Source: Bacilli bacterium (GTDB lineage: Bacteria > Bacillota_I > Bacilli_A > RFN20 > CAG-826). Taken from it: DNA of 38,813 bases. Location of the stretch: assembly GCA_016296285.1 (NCBI GenBank), contig JAEDJP010000002.1, positions 1-38,813 on the forward strand, written 5' to 3'. Of this stretch, positions 26,831-36,100 are shown piece after piece. Position numbers and translations under genes: made by a program. The notes beneath the pieces were generated by a model. That model saw only the letters and a list, made by a program, of their open reading frames with translations, did no database searches and was not told the DNA's origin. How positions within the stretch are numbered: the first letter of the stretch is position 1; each line of letters opens with the position of its first letter.

Positions 26831-27101
26831 TTTCTAGTCCTTTCAATGCGTCAAGCAAATCGTTTAGCAATTCAATCAAGGCGTCTTTATCCTGATGGTT
26901 CGGGGTCTTTACTAGGATTTTTCTGATTTGGCGGACTCGATCTTGTGCCTTTTTCAAATGAGACCCAGGACGGCTCGCTATTCCCATCTCCTTTTCGTGT
27001 CTTAAGGCATCTGCAGTTCCGCCATCACCGATTATAGCGCCCGGCCGATACAATTCCTTTACGAGGTTTTTTCCTTCAGGAGTTTTCATCTTTTTGAGCA
27101 T
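26820..27101 (-). CDS. Small hypothetical protein with a polymorphic-toxin-like motif (tentative)
   Basis: 93 aa. Strong SD AGGAGA with a 4-nt spacer before the ATG (5 nt if the core is taken as AGGAG). Motif PGAIIGDGGTADALRHEKEMG...GSHLKKAQDRVRQIRKIL followed by a helical tail. Low GC. Confidence 0.55.
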   Translation of the reverse strand: MLKKMKTPEGKNLVKELYRPGAIIGDGGTADALRHEKEMGIASRPGSHLKKAQDRVRQIRKILVKTPNHQDKDALIELLNDLLDALKGLENGR

Positions 27102-27278
27102 TTACTCTCCTTTTGAACTCATCTTCCTTTCTGTGCTTTCGCTTTTTGGAGTTTCGTTGTGAAGAGAGGTATCTGTTTTCAAACCCGCACCCCCTTCTCT
27201 GCTTGATTTTTCGGAAAGAAGGGACGCTTGAATGACGGCCGGGGCCATATTATCAAACAACGGACTATTCCCTTTCAT
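27102..27278 (-). CDS. Small Ser/Glu/Lys-rich hypothetical protein (58 aa from the SD-supported ATG; the ORF track extends it to 87 aa from TTG 27365)
   Basis: GGGGGAGG SD 6 nt upstream of ATG 27278. In the same reading frame as the 93-aa ORF, separated by a single TAA. Low-complexity sequence, so coding status is uncertain. Confidence 0.35.
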   Translation of the reverse strand: MKGNSPLFDNMAPAVIQASLLSEKSSREGGAGLKTDTSLHNETPKSESTERKMSSKGE

Positions 27279-27393
27279 GGCTGGCCTCCCCCTTTGCTTT
27301 CCGCGACGAGGAAGCCCGTTTCTATCTGTGGGCTCGAAATCAGGATCTTGAACCGACGCGAACAACCTTTATTTTGAAGTGCCTTTGCCTTAA

Positions 27394-27399
27394 TATACT
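27394..27399 (+). promoter_or_regulatory. -10 box TATACT 6 nt upstream of pyrH ATG (leaderless-type)
   Basis: taatatactcgtgctATG with no SD. Poor -35. Confidence 0.35.
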
Positions 27400-27405
27400 C
27401 GTGCT

Positions 27406-28128
27406 ATGAAATCCATTTATCGAAGAGTGATTCTCAAGCTTTCCGGCGAGGCTTTGGCGGATGCCAAGGATGCCACGATCCTCGATCACGAAAAGCTTGC
27501 TTCCATCGCAAGCAGTGTCGCGATGATCCGCGAACTCGGCGTCGATGTCGGCATCGTCGTCGGGGCCGGCAACATCTGGCGAGGCCGCCTGGCCGACAAG
27601 ATCGGCATCGAGGCTTCCACCGCGGACTACATGGGCATGCTCGGCACGGTCATCAACGCCTTGGCCATCCAAAGCGCCATCGAGGAGAAGGGCCTCTCTT
27701 GCCGCGTCCTCTCCGCGATCAACGTCCCGCAGGTGTGCGAGCCTTATTACCGCAGAAAGGCGATTTCCCACCTCGAGAAAGGCCGGGTCGTCATCTTCGC
27801 CGGCGGAACGGGGAATCCTTATTGCACGACCGATTCCTGCGCCGCGCTCAGGGCGCTTGAAGTCAACGCGGACGCGATTCTCATGGCGAAAAACGGCGTC
27901 GACGGGGTCTATGATGCCGATCCTCGGACCCACAAAGACGCGAAGAAACTCACGCGCATCACCCTCAACGAGATGATCGAACGCCAACTCGCGGTCATGG
28001 ATCTCGGCGCCGCGGCGATGCTCACCGGAAAGAAAAAGACGATACGGGTCTTCTCAATGGACGATCCGGAAGCCTTCCGCAAAGTCCTTTGCGGCGAGGA
28101 TGTCGGCACCACGGTCGTGGATGAATAA
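27406..28128 (+). CDS. pyrH: UMP kinase
   Basis: 240 aa. RVILKLSGEAL, GAGNIWRG, DGVYDADP. Confidence 0.95.
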   Translation: MKSIYRRVILKLSGEALADAKDATILDHEKLASIASSVAMIRELGVDVGIVVGAGNIWRGRLADKIGIEASTADYMGMLGTVINALAIQSAIEEKGLSCRVLSAINVPQVCEPYYRRKAISHLEKGRVVIFAGGTGNPYCTTDSCAALRALEVNADAILMAKNGVDGVYDADPRTHKDAKKLTRITLNEMIERQLAVMDLGAAAMLTGKKKTIRVFSMDDPEAFRKVLCGEDVGTTVVDE

Positions 28129-28153
28129 AGGAATCGAAATAGGAGAAATAAAC

Positions 28154-28699
28154 ATGGACGAATACGTTATCGACGCGAAGCAATCCTTCGAAAACGCCAT
28201 CGGCAACCTCAAAGCCGGGATGGACAAGCTCCGGACGGGGCAAGCGAACCCCGCGATGCTTAGCGGCGTCACCTGCGACTATTACGGAGAAAAGATGCCC
28301 ATCGTGGATCTTTGCCAAATCAGCCGCCCCGAGCCGCGCCAGCTTTATGTGCGTCCCTACTCTCGCGAAGACATCAAGCCGATCGCCGCGGGCATCGTTG
28401 CCGCGAATCTCGGCGTGAATCCCCAAGTCGAGGCGGACGGCATCCGCATTATCGTCGCCGCCCTCACGGAAGACACCCGCAAGGAAATCGCGAAGAAGGC
28501 CAAGGCCCTCGGGGAAGAAGCCAAGGTCGCCATCCGCAACATCCGTCGCGACACCTTGTCCTTGCTCAAGGATGACGATTCCATGTCCGACGACTACAAA
28601 GAGCGCGTGGAAGAAGACCTCCAGAAGGAAGTCGACGCCTTCAACAAGCGCATCGAAGACCTCGTCAAAGCCAAGCAAGGCGAGATCATGTCGATCTAA
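28154..28699 (+). CDS. frr: Ribosome recycling factor
   Basis: 181 aa from ATG 28154 (SD AGGAG at 28141-28145). ...LRTGQANPAMLSGV...IRNIRRD... Confidence 0.93.
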   Translation: MDEYVIDAKQSFENAIGNLKAGMDKLRTGQANPAMLSGVTCDYYGEKMPIVDLCQISRPEPRQLYVRPYSREDIKPIAAGIVAANLGVNPQVEADGIRIIVAALTEDTRKEIAKKAKALGEEAKVAIRNIRRDTLSLLKDDDSMSDDYKERVEEDLQKEVDAFNKRIEDLVKAKQGEIMSI

Positions 28700-28714
28700 A
28701 GACAATGCATTCAC

Positions 28715-28740
28715 GGGACCCAATGGGTCCCTTTTTGTTT
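28715..28740 (+). terminator. Rho-independent terminator after frr
   Basis: gggaccc aat gggtccc followed by tttttgttttt. Confidence 0.65.
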
Positions 28741-28803
28741 TTCCCTGCGCGTTGCCTCGAAGGAAGAGCAGTCCTTTTTCGTGCACGCGTAATGCGAGTT
28801 CGT

Positions 28804-28809
28804 TATAAT
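28804..28809 (+). promoter_or_regulatory. -10 box TATAAT 9 nt upstream of uppS ATG
   Basis: gttataatcatctcatcATG with no SD. Confidence 0.35.
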
Positions 28810-28818
28810 CATCTCATC

Positions 28819-29550
28819 ATGGGTAATAAGGCTTTCGCGTTAACGAAAAACTGCCGTCATGTGGCCTTCATCATGGACGGGAACGGCCGTTGGGCGAAAG
28901 CCCGTGGCCTCGCGCGCCATTTTGGCCATCACGAAGCCTGCAACCGCATCATCGAGATTTTCGAAACGTGTCGCGAATTCAACATCCGCGTCATGAGCTT
29001 TTACGCGTTTTCCACCGAGAATTGGAATCGTCCCCAAGACGAGATCGACCACCTCATGGATTACCTCGAGGAATTCTTCGCGAGGGAAATCGATTACCTT
29101 GATTCCGTCGGGGCGAAACTCGTGATTTCCGGGGACCTCAGTCGCATTCGCGAACAAACGCGCCTTGTCTGCGAAGAAGCGGTGAAACGGACCGCGAACA
29201 ACCACGATTGGATCCTGAACGTCTGTTTGAATTACGGGGGAAGAAACGAGATCGTCCGCGCGGCCAAAGCCTTTGCCAAAGACGTGCAAAATGGCCAAAA
29301 AGACATAGATGCCCTCGATGAATTGTCCTTTGAGGACTATCTCTACACGAAGGGATTGCCCGATGTCGACCTCATGATCCGGACATCCGGGGAAGAGAGG
29401 CTCTCGAATTTTCTCCTATACCAAAACGCCTACGCGGAATTCGTGTTCACCGATGTGAAGTGGCCGGATTTCCGTCGCGAGGCATTCATCGATTGCCTGA
29501 AGGAATACGAAAAGAGAAATCGCAGATACGGGGGACTTGTCAATGAGTGA
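28819..29550 (+). CDS. uppS: Undecaprenyl diphosphate synthase
   Basis: HVAFIMDGNGRWA, FSTENWNRP, IRTSGEERLSNFLLYQ. Start set at ATG 28819. Confidence 0.93.
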   Translation: MGNKAFALTKNCRHVAFIMDGNGRWAKARGLARHFGHHEACNRIIEIFETCREFNIRVMSFYAFSTENWNRPQDEIDHLMDYLEEFFAREIDYLDSVGAKLVISGDLSRIREQTRLVCEEAVKRTANNHDWILNVCLNYGGRNEIVRAAKAFAKDVQNGQKDIDALDELSFEDYLYTKGLPDVDLMIRTSGEERLSNFLLYQNAYAEFVFTDVKWPDFRREAFIDCLKEYEKRNRRYGGLVNE

Positions 29551-30613
29551 AGAGATGCCGAACCGGAAGAACCATCCGCACATCGAGGTGAATAAGCTCG
29601 ATGAGAAGAAAAAGAAGAGCATGCTCAATCGCATCGTCGTCGCGATTGTCCTTTTGATCCTCGCCGTTCCTTGCATTGCCCTCGGGGGCTGGTTTTGGTT
29701 TGTTTTCATCACGGTTTTCTTGGGCTTTGCCTGCTACGAAATCATGAAAGCCCCGCAGAAGAAGTACCGCTGGTATATCTGGGTTTTCACGTATTTTCTG
29801 GTGTTCGTCTACGTTTATTGGTTCTTGCTGAAATTTAACGCCCAGCAATACATGCAGTATCTCATCGACCGGAAAACCGACATGAACGCGACCTTTCATT
29901 TCGAGCTTGAGCAGTATTTCTCCTATCTCGACATCTCGATTTATAGCCTTGCCGCTTCTTTTGGCATTTATTCCTTGTGCGCCGTCCTCCACGAGGATTT
30001 CGATTGGCACGACGTCATCTATTTCTTCGCCATGACGTTCATGGTCGGCCTCGGTTTCCAGGCCTTCATGTTCCTCCGTTATTATCCCTTGGCCCTTGAG
30101 TGGGGCCCGGCCTATGACGCTTCGAGCAACGTCTTCCGTTATTGGGGCTCCACCACGTTCCTCATCTACGTCGTCGCGGCGACTTTCCTCAACGACATCT
30201 TCGCCTATTTCGTCGGTATGCTCTTCGGGAAGCATCACATCAACCCGCGCATTTCCCCGAACAAGACGTGGGAAGGCTTCATCGGCGGCATCGTCTTGGC
30301 CGCGGGGGCTTCGTTTGGCATCGCCGCCTTGCTGGAAGGCTGTGGCTACCCGATTCTGCCCCACCTATCGATCTTTGCGAATTCCCAGGCTTGGTGGCAG
30401 TTGCTCCTCATGAGCATCGCCTTGCCGCTCATCGGGAACCTTGGGGATTTCACCTTCTCCATGATCAAGCGCTTCTACGGCTTCAAGGATTACAGCCACC
30501 TTCTTGGCGCCCACGGCGGGGTCCTCGACCGCGTGGATAGCCTCCTCTTCTCGAGCGTTGCCGCTTCCGTCTTCGTCGTCTTCTCCGGCATAGGGTGGAA
30601 CATCTTCCGATGA
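29543..30613 (+). CDS. cdsA: Phosphatidate cytidylyltransferase
   Basis: Polytopic protein. Signature TWEGFIGG and GDFTFSMIKRFYGFKDYSHLLGAHGGVLDRVDS. Unusually long N-terminal half. ATG 29543 (TTG 29537 also possible). Confidence 0.9.
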   Translation: MSEEMPNRKNHPHIEVNKLDEKKKKSMLNRIVVAIVLLILAVPCIALGGWFWFVFITVFLGFACYEIMKAPQKKYRWYIWVFTYFLVFVYVYWFLLKFNAQQYMQYLIDRKTDMNATFHFELEQYFSYLDISIYSLAASFGIYSLCAVLHEDFDWHDVIYFFAMTFMVGLGFQAFMFLRYYPLALEWGPAYDASSNVFRYWGSTTFLIYVVAATFLNDIFAYFVGMLFGKHHINPRISPNKTWEGFIGGIVLAAGASFGIAALLEGCGYPILPHLSIFANSQAWWQLLLMSIALPLIGNLGDFTFSMIKRFYGFKDYSHLLGAHGGVLDRVDSLLFSSVAASVFVVFSGIGWNIFR

Positions 30614-31764
30614 GAACGGTATGCCTTTTGGGGGCAAGCGGTTCCATCGGGACGCAAAGCCTCGACATTTTCCGTCGCGATCCGCGGTCCTTTTCTCTCG
30701 TCGCGGTTTCGGTGGGACGGAGAACGGAGGCCCTCGAAACCATCTTGAAGGAATTCCCTTCCGTCACATACGCCTGCGTCCTTGAAGAGGGAGATTACCA
30801 ACGGTTGCGTCGAAAATACCCCCACGTATCGTGGTATTTTGGCGATGAAGGCATCTTGGACATGATTCGGGATTGCCATGCCGAGCTCGTAGAAAACGCT
30901 TTGGTTGGGTTTGCCGGGCTTCGCCCATCTATCACTGCGTTAACAGAAAATCGCATCTTGGCCCTCGCGAACAAAGAGTCCCTCGTCGTCGGGGGAGACC
31001 TGATTCGCGGCCTTTTAGCCGAGGGGAAGGGAAAACTCTACCCGATCGATTCGGAGCACGTCGCGATTGCCAAACTCTTCTCGCGCGTCCCTCAAGACGA
31101 GATCGATTCCCTGTGGATCACCGCTTCCGGGGGCAGCTTCCGGGACAAGAAGAGGGAAGAACTCATCGCGGTCACACCCGAGGAAGCCTTGGCCCATCCC
31201 ACGTGGTCCATGGGCGCGAAAATCACGATCGATTCCGCGACGATGATGAACAAGGGCTTCGAGGTCATCGAGGCCAAGGTCCTCTTCGACTTCCCCCTCG
31301 AAAAGACCCATATCCTGATGCACCGGGAAAGCCACGTGCATTCCTTGGTCTGGAAAAAAGACGGGACCTATGTCGCGGATGTGTCCGCCCCCGACATGCA
31401 CGGGCCGATCGCCTACGCTCTTTACGAAGGCCATGTGTCTTTCGACCTCGTCGAGGCCAAAACGCTTTCGGACCTCGGGCCATTCCATTTCGCGCCCTTC
31501 GACGAAAAAAGGTATCTTGCCCCCGGCATCGCTTTGGAGGCTTTTGCAAAAGGAGGGACTTCTCGCGCGGTCCTCAACGGGGCAAATGAGGAGGCCGTGT
31601 ATGCGTTTTTGGAGGGAAAGATATCTTTCCTCCAAATTGATACCCTTGTAAAAGAGGCAATCGAAGGGTTACCCTCTATCCAGAATCCTTCCATCGAAGA
31701 GATTGTCCGGGCGGATTCCGCGGCACGACTCTTCGTCCGAGACGCCTTGAAAGGAGGACGATAA
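30610..31764 (+). CDS. dxr: 1-deoxy-D-xylulose 5-phosphate reductoisomerase
   Basis: LLGASGSIGTQSLD, ANKESLV, IDSEH, MNKGFEVIEA. ATGA overlap with cdsA. Confidence 0.93.
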   Translation: MRTVCLLGASGSIGTQSLDIFRRDPRSFSLVAVSVGRRTEALETILKEFPSVTYACVLEEGDYQRLRRKYPHVSWYFGDEGILDMIRDCHAELVENALVGFAGLRPSITALTENRILALANKESLVVGGDLIRGLLAEGKGKLYPIDSEHVAIAKLFSRVPQDEIDSLWITASGGSFRDKKREELIAVTPEEALAHPTWSMGAKITIDSATMMNKGFEVIEAKVLFDFPLEKTHILMHRESHVHSLVWKKDGTYVADVSAPDMHGPIAYALYEGHVSFDLVEAKTLSDLGPFHFAPFDEKRYLAPGIALEAFAKGGTSRAVLNGANEEAVYAFLEGKISFLQIDTLVKEAIEGLPSIQNPSIEEIVRADSAARLFVRDALKGGR

Positions 31765-31767
31765 ACA

Positions 31768-33144
31768 ATGCAATTCCTAACAACCCTGCTCTACATCCTC
31801 ATCATGCTCGTGATTTTGGGCGTTTTGATTTCCATCCACGAGGCCGGCCACCTCGCCGCCGCGAAGATGTTCAAGGTTTATTGCTTCGAATATTCGATCG
31901 GCTTCGGTCCCAAACTCCTGAAGGTGCGTCGCAAGGGAGGGGAAACCTATTTCTCCATCCGCGCCATTCCCCTTGGGGGCTACGTCTCGATGTACAACGA
32001 CGCGGAAGCCATCCCCGAAGGCATGGAAGCCCCGGCCCCGGAACGGTCCATCGGCAATATCCACAAAGCCAAGAAATGCACGATCCTCCTCGCGGGCGTC
32101 GTGATGAATTTCTTGCTTGGCCTCGTCCTCATTTTCATCTCGGACATCGCTTTCGCGAAATACTACATCGCCTATGGCGGATCGGTCCAACTCAACGAGA
32201 CGACCCAAGTCGAAGTCGACTGCGTCCCTCTTCTCTATGACGGGGAGGTTCTCGATTACGTGAACGCGAACAAGGCCCACGCTTTGGAAGTGACGGATTA
32301 TTTCCTGTCTCTCCCCGCGGCGGAAGCCGATGGGTCCTTCTACCGCATCGTGGACACGGATGCCAAGATCTATAACGCTTCCGGCGTCGCCTATGGAGGC
32401 GGCATTTCCTACGTCGCGATTTATTACCCCACCACCCTCACGAAGGAACGCGACATCACGGATACGATTGTCTTCTATCCCGCCAAGGCGGACGCCGTCA
32501 TCGAAGAGAAATACCAAGCCCTCGGGATCACGGCGCTTCCGGATCTTGGCTCGGACTCCTTCTCCTTCAAAGAAGAGGGGGCGTATGTTGATTTTCACCT
32601 TCGCCTTTTCCCCGCGGCCAAGGGACAACAAGAAGGGACCTATTCCGAGCAATTCTTGAATGAATCCCTCTCGTGCCCGGTGCGTGGCGTCGTAAAAGAC
32701 GGGGCCCTCGTCTCGAATGGGGCGGGCGTCCGCGTCATCTCGGAACGCAACGACTGGGCGGAAGCCTGGAAGCAATGGGCGGAAGACGTCCCTAATGCCT
32801 GCGGGGCAATCGTCCAAGGCTTCGCGAGCCTCTTCACCCCCGGTGGCTTCCAGAATCTTTCGGGAATCGTCGGCATGACAAGCGCCTTGCCGCAGATCGA
32901 GGCGCTGGGTGGCCCTGGATACATCTTCTATTTCGCTGGCCTCATCTCCATCAACCTCGCCTTCTTCAATTTGCTTCCGTTCCCTGGCCTTGATGGGTGG
33001 CAACTCCTTGTCACGGTGGTCGAAGCCATCACGCGGAAGAAGATGCCCGAAAAGGCGCAAGGCATCGCCTCGATCGTCGGGTTTGTCCTCCTCGGTATCC
33101 TCATGGTGGCCGTGACCATCAAGGACATCATCGGGCTGTTCTAA
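31768..33144 (+). CDS. rseP: Site-2 (M50) RIP metalloprotease RseP/RasP-like
   Basis: 458 aa. HEAGHLAAAK zinc motif in TM1 and NLLPFPGLDGW near the C-terminus. The central ~210-aa region has no recognisable PDZ motif. Confidence 0.88.
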   Translation: MQFLTTLLYILIMLVILGVLISIHEAGHLAAAKMFKVYCFEYSIGFGPKLLKVRRKGGETYFSIRAIPLGGYVSMYNDAEAIPEGMEAPAPERSIGNIHKAKKCTILLAGVVMNFLLGLVLIFISDIAFAKYYIAYGGSVQLNETTQVEVDCVPLLYDGEVLDYVNANKAHALEVTDYFLSLPAAEADGSFYRIVDTDAKIYNASGVAYGGGISYVAIYYPTTLTKERDITDTIVFYPAKADAVIEEKYQALGITALPDLGSDSFSFKEEGAYVDFHLRLFPAAKGQQEGTYSEQFLNESLSCPVRGVVKDGALVSNGAGVRVISERNDWAEAWKQWAEDVPNACGAIVQGFASLFTPGGFQNLSGIVGMTSALPQIEALGGPGYIFYFAGLISINLAFFNLLPFPGLDGWQLLVTVVEAITRKKMPEKAQGIASIVGFVLLGILMVAVTIKDIIGLF

Positions 33145-33162
33145 GGGGTTTGAAAGGGTCGT

Positions 33163-36100
33163 ATGCAGAAAAAGATGTATTCCTTCTTGCGCTCGGTCGG
33201 GATCGAGTCTCCCGAGCGTTTTGACTTGGATTTCACCTTGGTCGGTCGCAACCCGCATCGCGTGGAGCAGATCGACATGTTCGTCCAAAAGGAGACGCCT
33301 TGGGATTATGGCGCCCTCGAGGAATTCCTCGCGGCCCTCGGCACCATCCGTTATCCGTATTCCCTTCGGTTCAGCTATGTTTCCGAGATCGGGAACGAAG
33401 ACGTCTTGTCCCTCTACGAAGGGTATTCCCTTGCGCATATCGGGCAAGGAATCCTGCCGTCGATGCGACTCGACGGAAAGGTTTTGAAAGTCGCTTATTC
33501 CAAAGCCAATCGCCAAAAAGAAGAGAGAACGGTATCCGATTTCGCTTCCATGCTCTCGTTTATTAACTATCCATCCTCCTTTGTTTTTGAAGAAAAAGAG
33601 GAGAAGATTCTTTCCCCGAAAAAAGCGGAAGAACCCGCCTCTTCTTTAGAAGAGCAAGGCTTCGCCCCGGAAGAGATCAGCGCCCCAGAAACATCCGAAC
33701 AAGCGTCTTTGAAAGAAGGTCAGCAAGCGATTCTTGAAGACTTCAAAGCCATTCAGCAAATGGGGGAAGAAGAACTGCTTTCCTTGGAACAGAAGAACCT
33801 CGCCGTCATGATGGAAGAAAGGCGGAAACAACGCCTCTCAAAAAAAGGTGATTACCAAGTCGCGGAAAACATCGATGCGGTCTTCCACCTTGGTCTTTGC
33901 AACGTCGATTTCTGCGGCGAGGTTTTCGAGGCGGATCTCCGCAACACGCGGAAAGGCGGCAAGATGGGCGTCTTCGGCATCGGGGACAGCACGAACGCCA
34001 TCACGGTTCGCTGCTTCTCCAACGCCAAGGGCATGACGGAAGAAGTCCTTTCCTCGATCACCATCGGCACGCGGGTCCGCGTTCGCGGTGCCATCGACAT
34101 CGACAATTATTCGAAGCAAAAGACCATCCGCGGCCATTTCGTGGACCGTCTCCCGGCCGCCGAGCCGCGGGATGATGACCCGTCCCTTGAGAAGAAACGC
34201 GTTGAGCTTCACCTCCATACCAAGATGTCCACGATGGACGCCGTCGCGGATTTCTCGAGTTACTACAAACTCGCGAAACACATGGGGATGAAAGCAATCG
34301 CCGTCACGGACCATGGCGTTTTGCAATCGTTCCCCGCGGCCCAAACCGCCCGCGAAAAAGACAAGAAGGATCCGTTGAAGATCATCTATGGGTGCGAGCT
34401 TTACATGTTCGACCTGCACCAGACGATCGTCTTGAACCCCGCTCCCATCCCCCTTGCGAAGGGCCGTTATTGCGTCTTCGATACCGAAACCACCGGCCTC
34501 AGCGCCCGCTATGACCGCATCGTCGAATTCGGTGGCGTCATCGTCGAGAACGGCGTTGTCCAGAAGCGCTTCAACATGCTCATCAATCCGGAGATGCCGA
34601 TGCCCGCGGCCTCGACCCGTATCAACCACATCACGGACGAGATGCTCGCGGACAAGCCCACGATGAAGCAGGCGCTCCCGATGATCATGGATTTCCTCGG
34701 AGATCACGTTCTCGTCGCGCATAACGCGACGTTCGATATCGGTTTCGTGAACGCCGCCTTGGAAAGGGAAGGTTTGCCGCCTCTTAAGAACCCGGTTATC
34801 GATACCTTGCCCTTGTCCCACTACCTCTTCCCGAAAGCGGGCCGCCATAACGAAGGGGCGTTGCTCCGCAATTTGGGCCTTTCGATTTACGATGGGGCGG
34901 ACGCTCACCGCGCGGATTACGACGCGAACGCCTTGAGCGAAGGCTGGCAAGAGATCGTGCGCCGATTGAACCATGTCTATCCCGGCATCACGCATCAAGA
35001 CCTCGCGACCCTACAGATCGAGCTGCCGGATATCGAGGACGTCGAACGCGAAACCGCGGACGAAGGGAACTTCGCCCGTTTCACGACCGCGATGGGCTAT
35101 TTCGCGCGCTTCTGGCATATCCAGTACCCAAGCGACGACATCCGTCTCCAATTCGCTTCGTTCGAGGATGCCCACCAAGAATACCTTCGCTGGAAAGAAG
35201 ACCCGAACCCGGAAGAAACGGACCTCGCCAAGAAACCCAAACTCTACCGTCACCTTGAGGACCTCAAGTCTTCGTTCAACTCCTTCTGCCGAAACTTGAA
35301 GGAATATCACGCGATCGTTCTCGTCAAGAATCACCAAGGCCTCAAGGATCTCTACAAAATCGTCACCCAAGGGAACACGACCTACCTTTCGCGCGTCCCG
35401 AAGACCCCGCGCGTCCTCGTCGAAGCCTATCGCCAGAACATGATGGTCGGCAGCGCCTGCCTCAATTCGGAAATCATGGAAATCGCGTTGACGAGGAACC
35501 GCGACGTCCTCGTGGAAGCGATGCGTTTCTATGACTACATCGAGATCCAGCCCCTCGAGAATTACAGCTACCTCATCAACATGGGCCGCGTCCCGTCCAA
35601 AGAACATTTGATTTCCGTTCTCCGCGATATCGTGGAAGCCGCCCGCATCGCCGGAAAGAAGGTCGTCGCGACGGGCGATTGCCATTATCTCAATCCCGAG
35701 GACAAGATTCTCCGCGACGTTTATATCAACGCGAAAGCGATCGGCGGTGGCAGCCATCCGATGAACCCGCCCGCGCGTCGCGATTACCCCTTGTTTGAAA
35801 ACCCGGATCAGCATTTCCGCAGCACCCGGGAGATGCTCGATTGCTTCCAAGAATGGACGACCCCAGAAGAAGCGATGGAGTTCGTCGTGGATAACTCGAA
35901 CTGGGTGGCCGACCAAATCGACGAGAGCATCACCCCGGTTTTGCCCGGCTGCTTCCCGCCGGACAAGAATTTGCCCAACAGTGACAAGCAGCTTCGTGAC
36001 CTTTGCTATGGCAATTTCCATAGCATCTTCGATTATTCTTACGACGATGACCCCAAGGTGCAGGAAGCCATCCAATTCGTGAAAAACCGTCTCGACCGCG

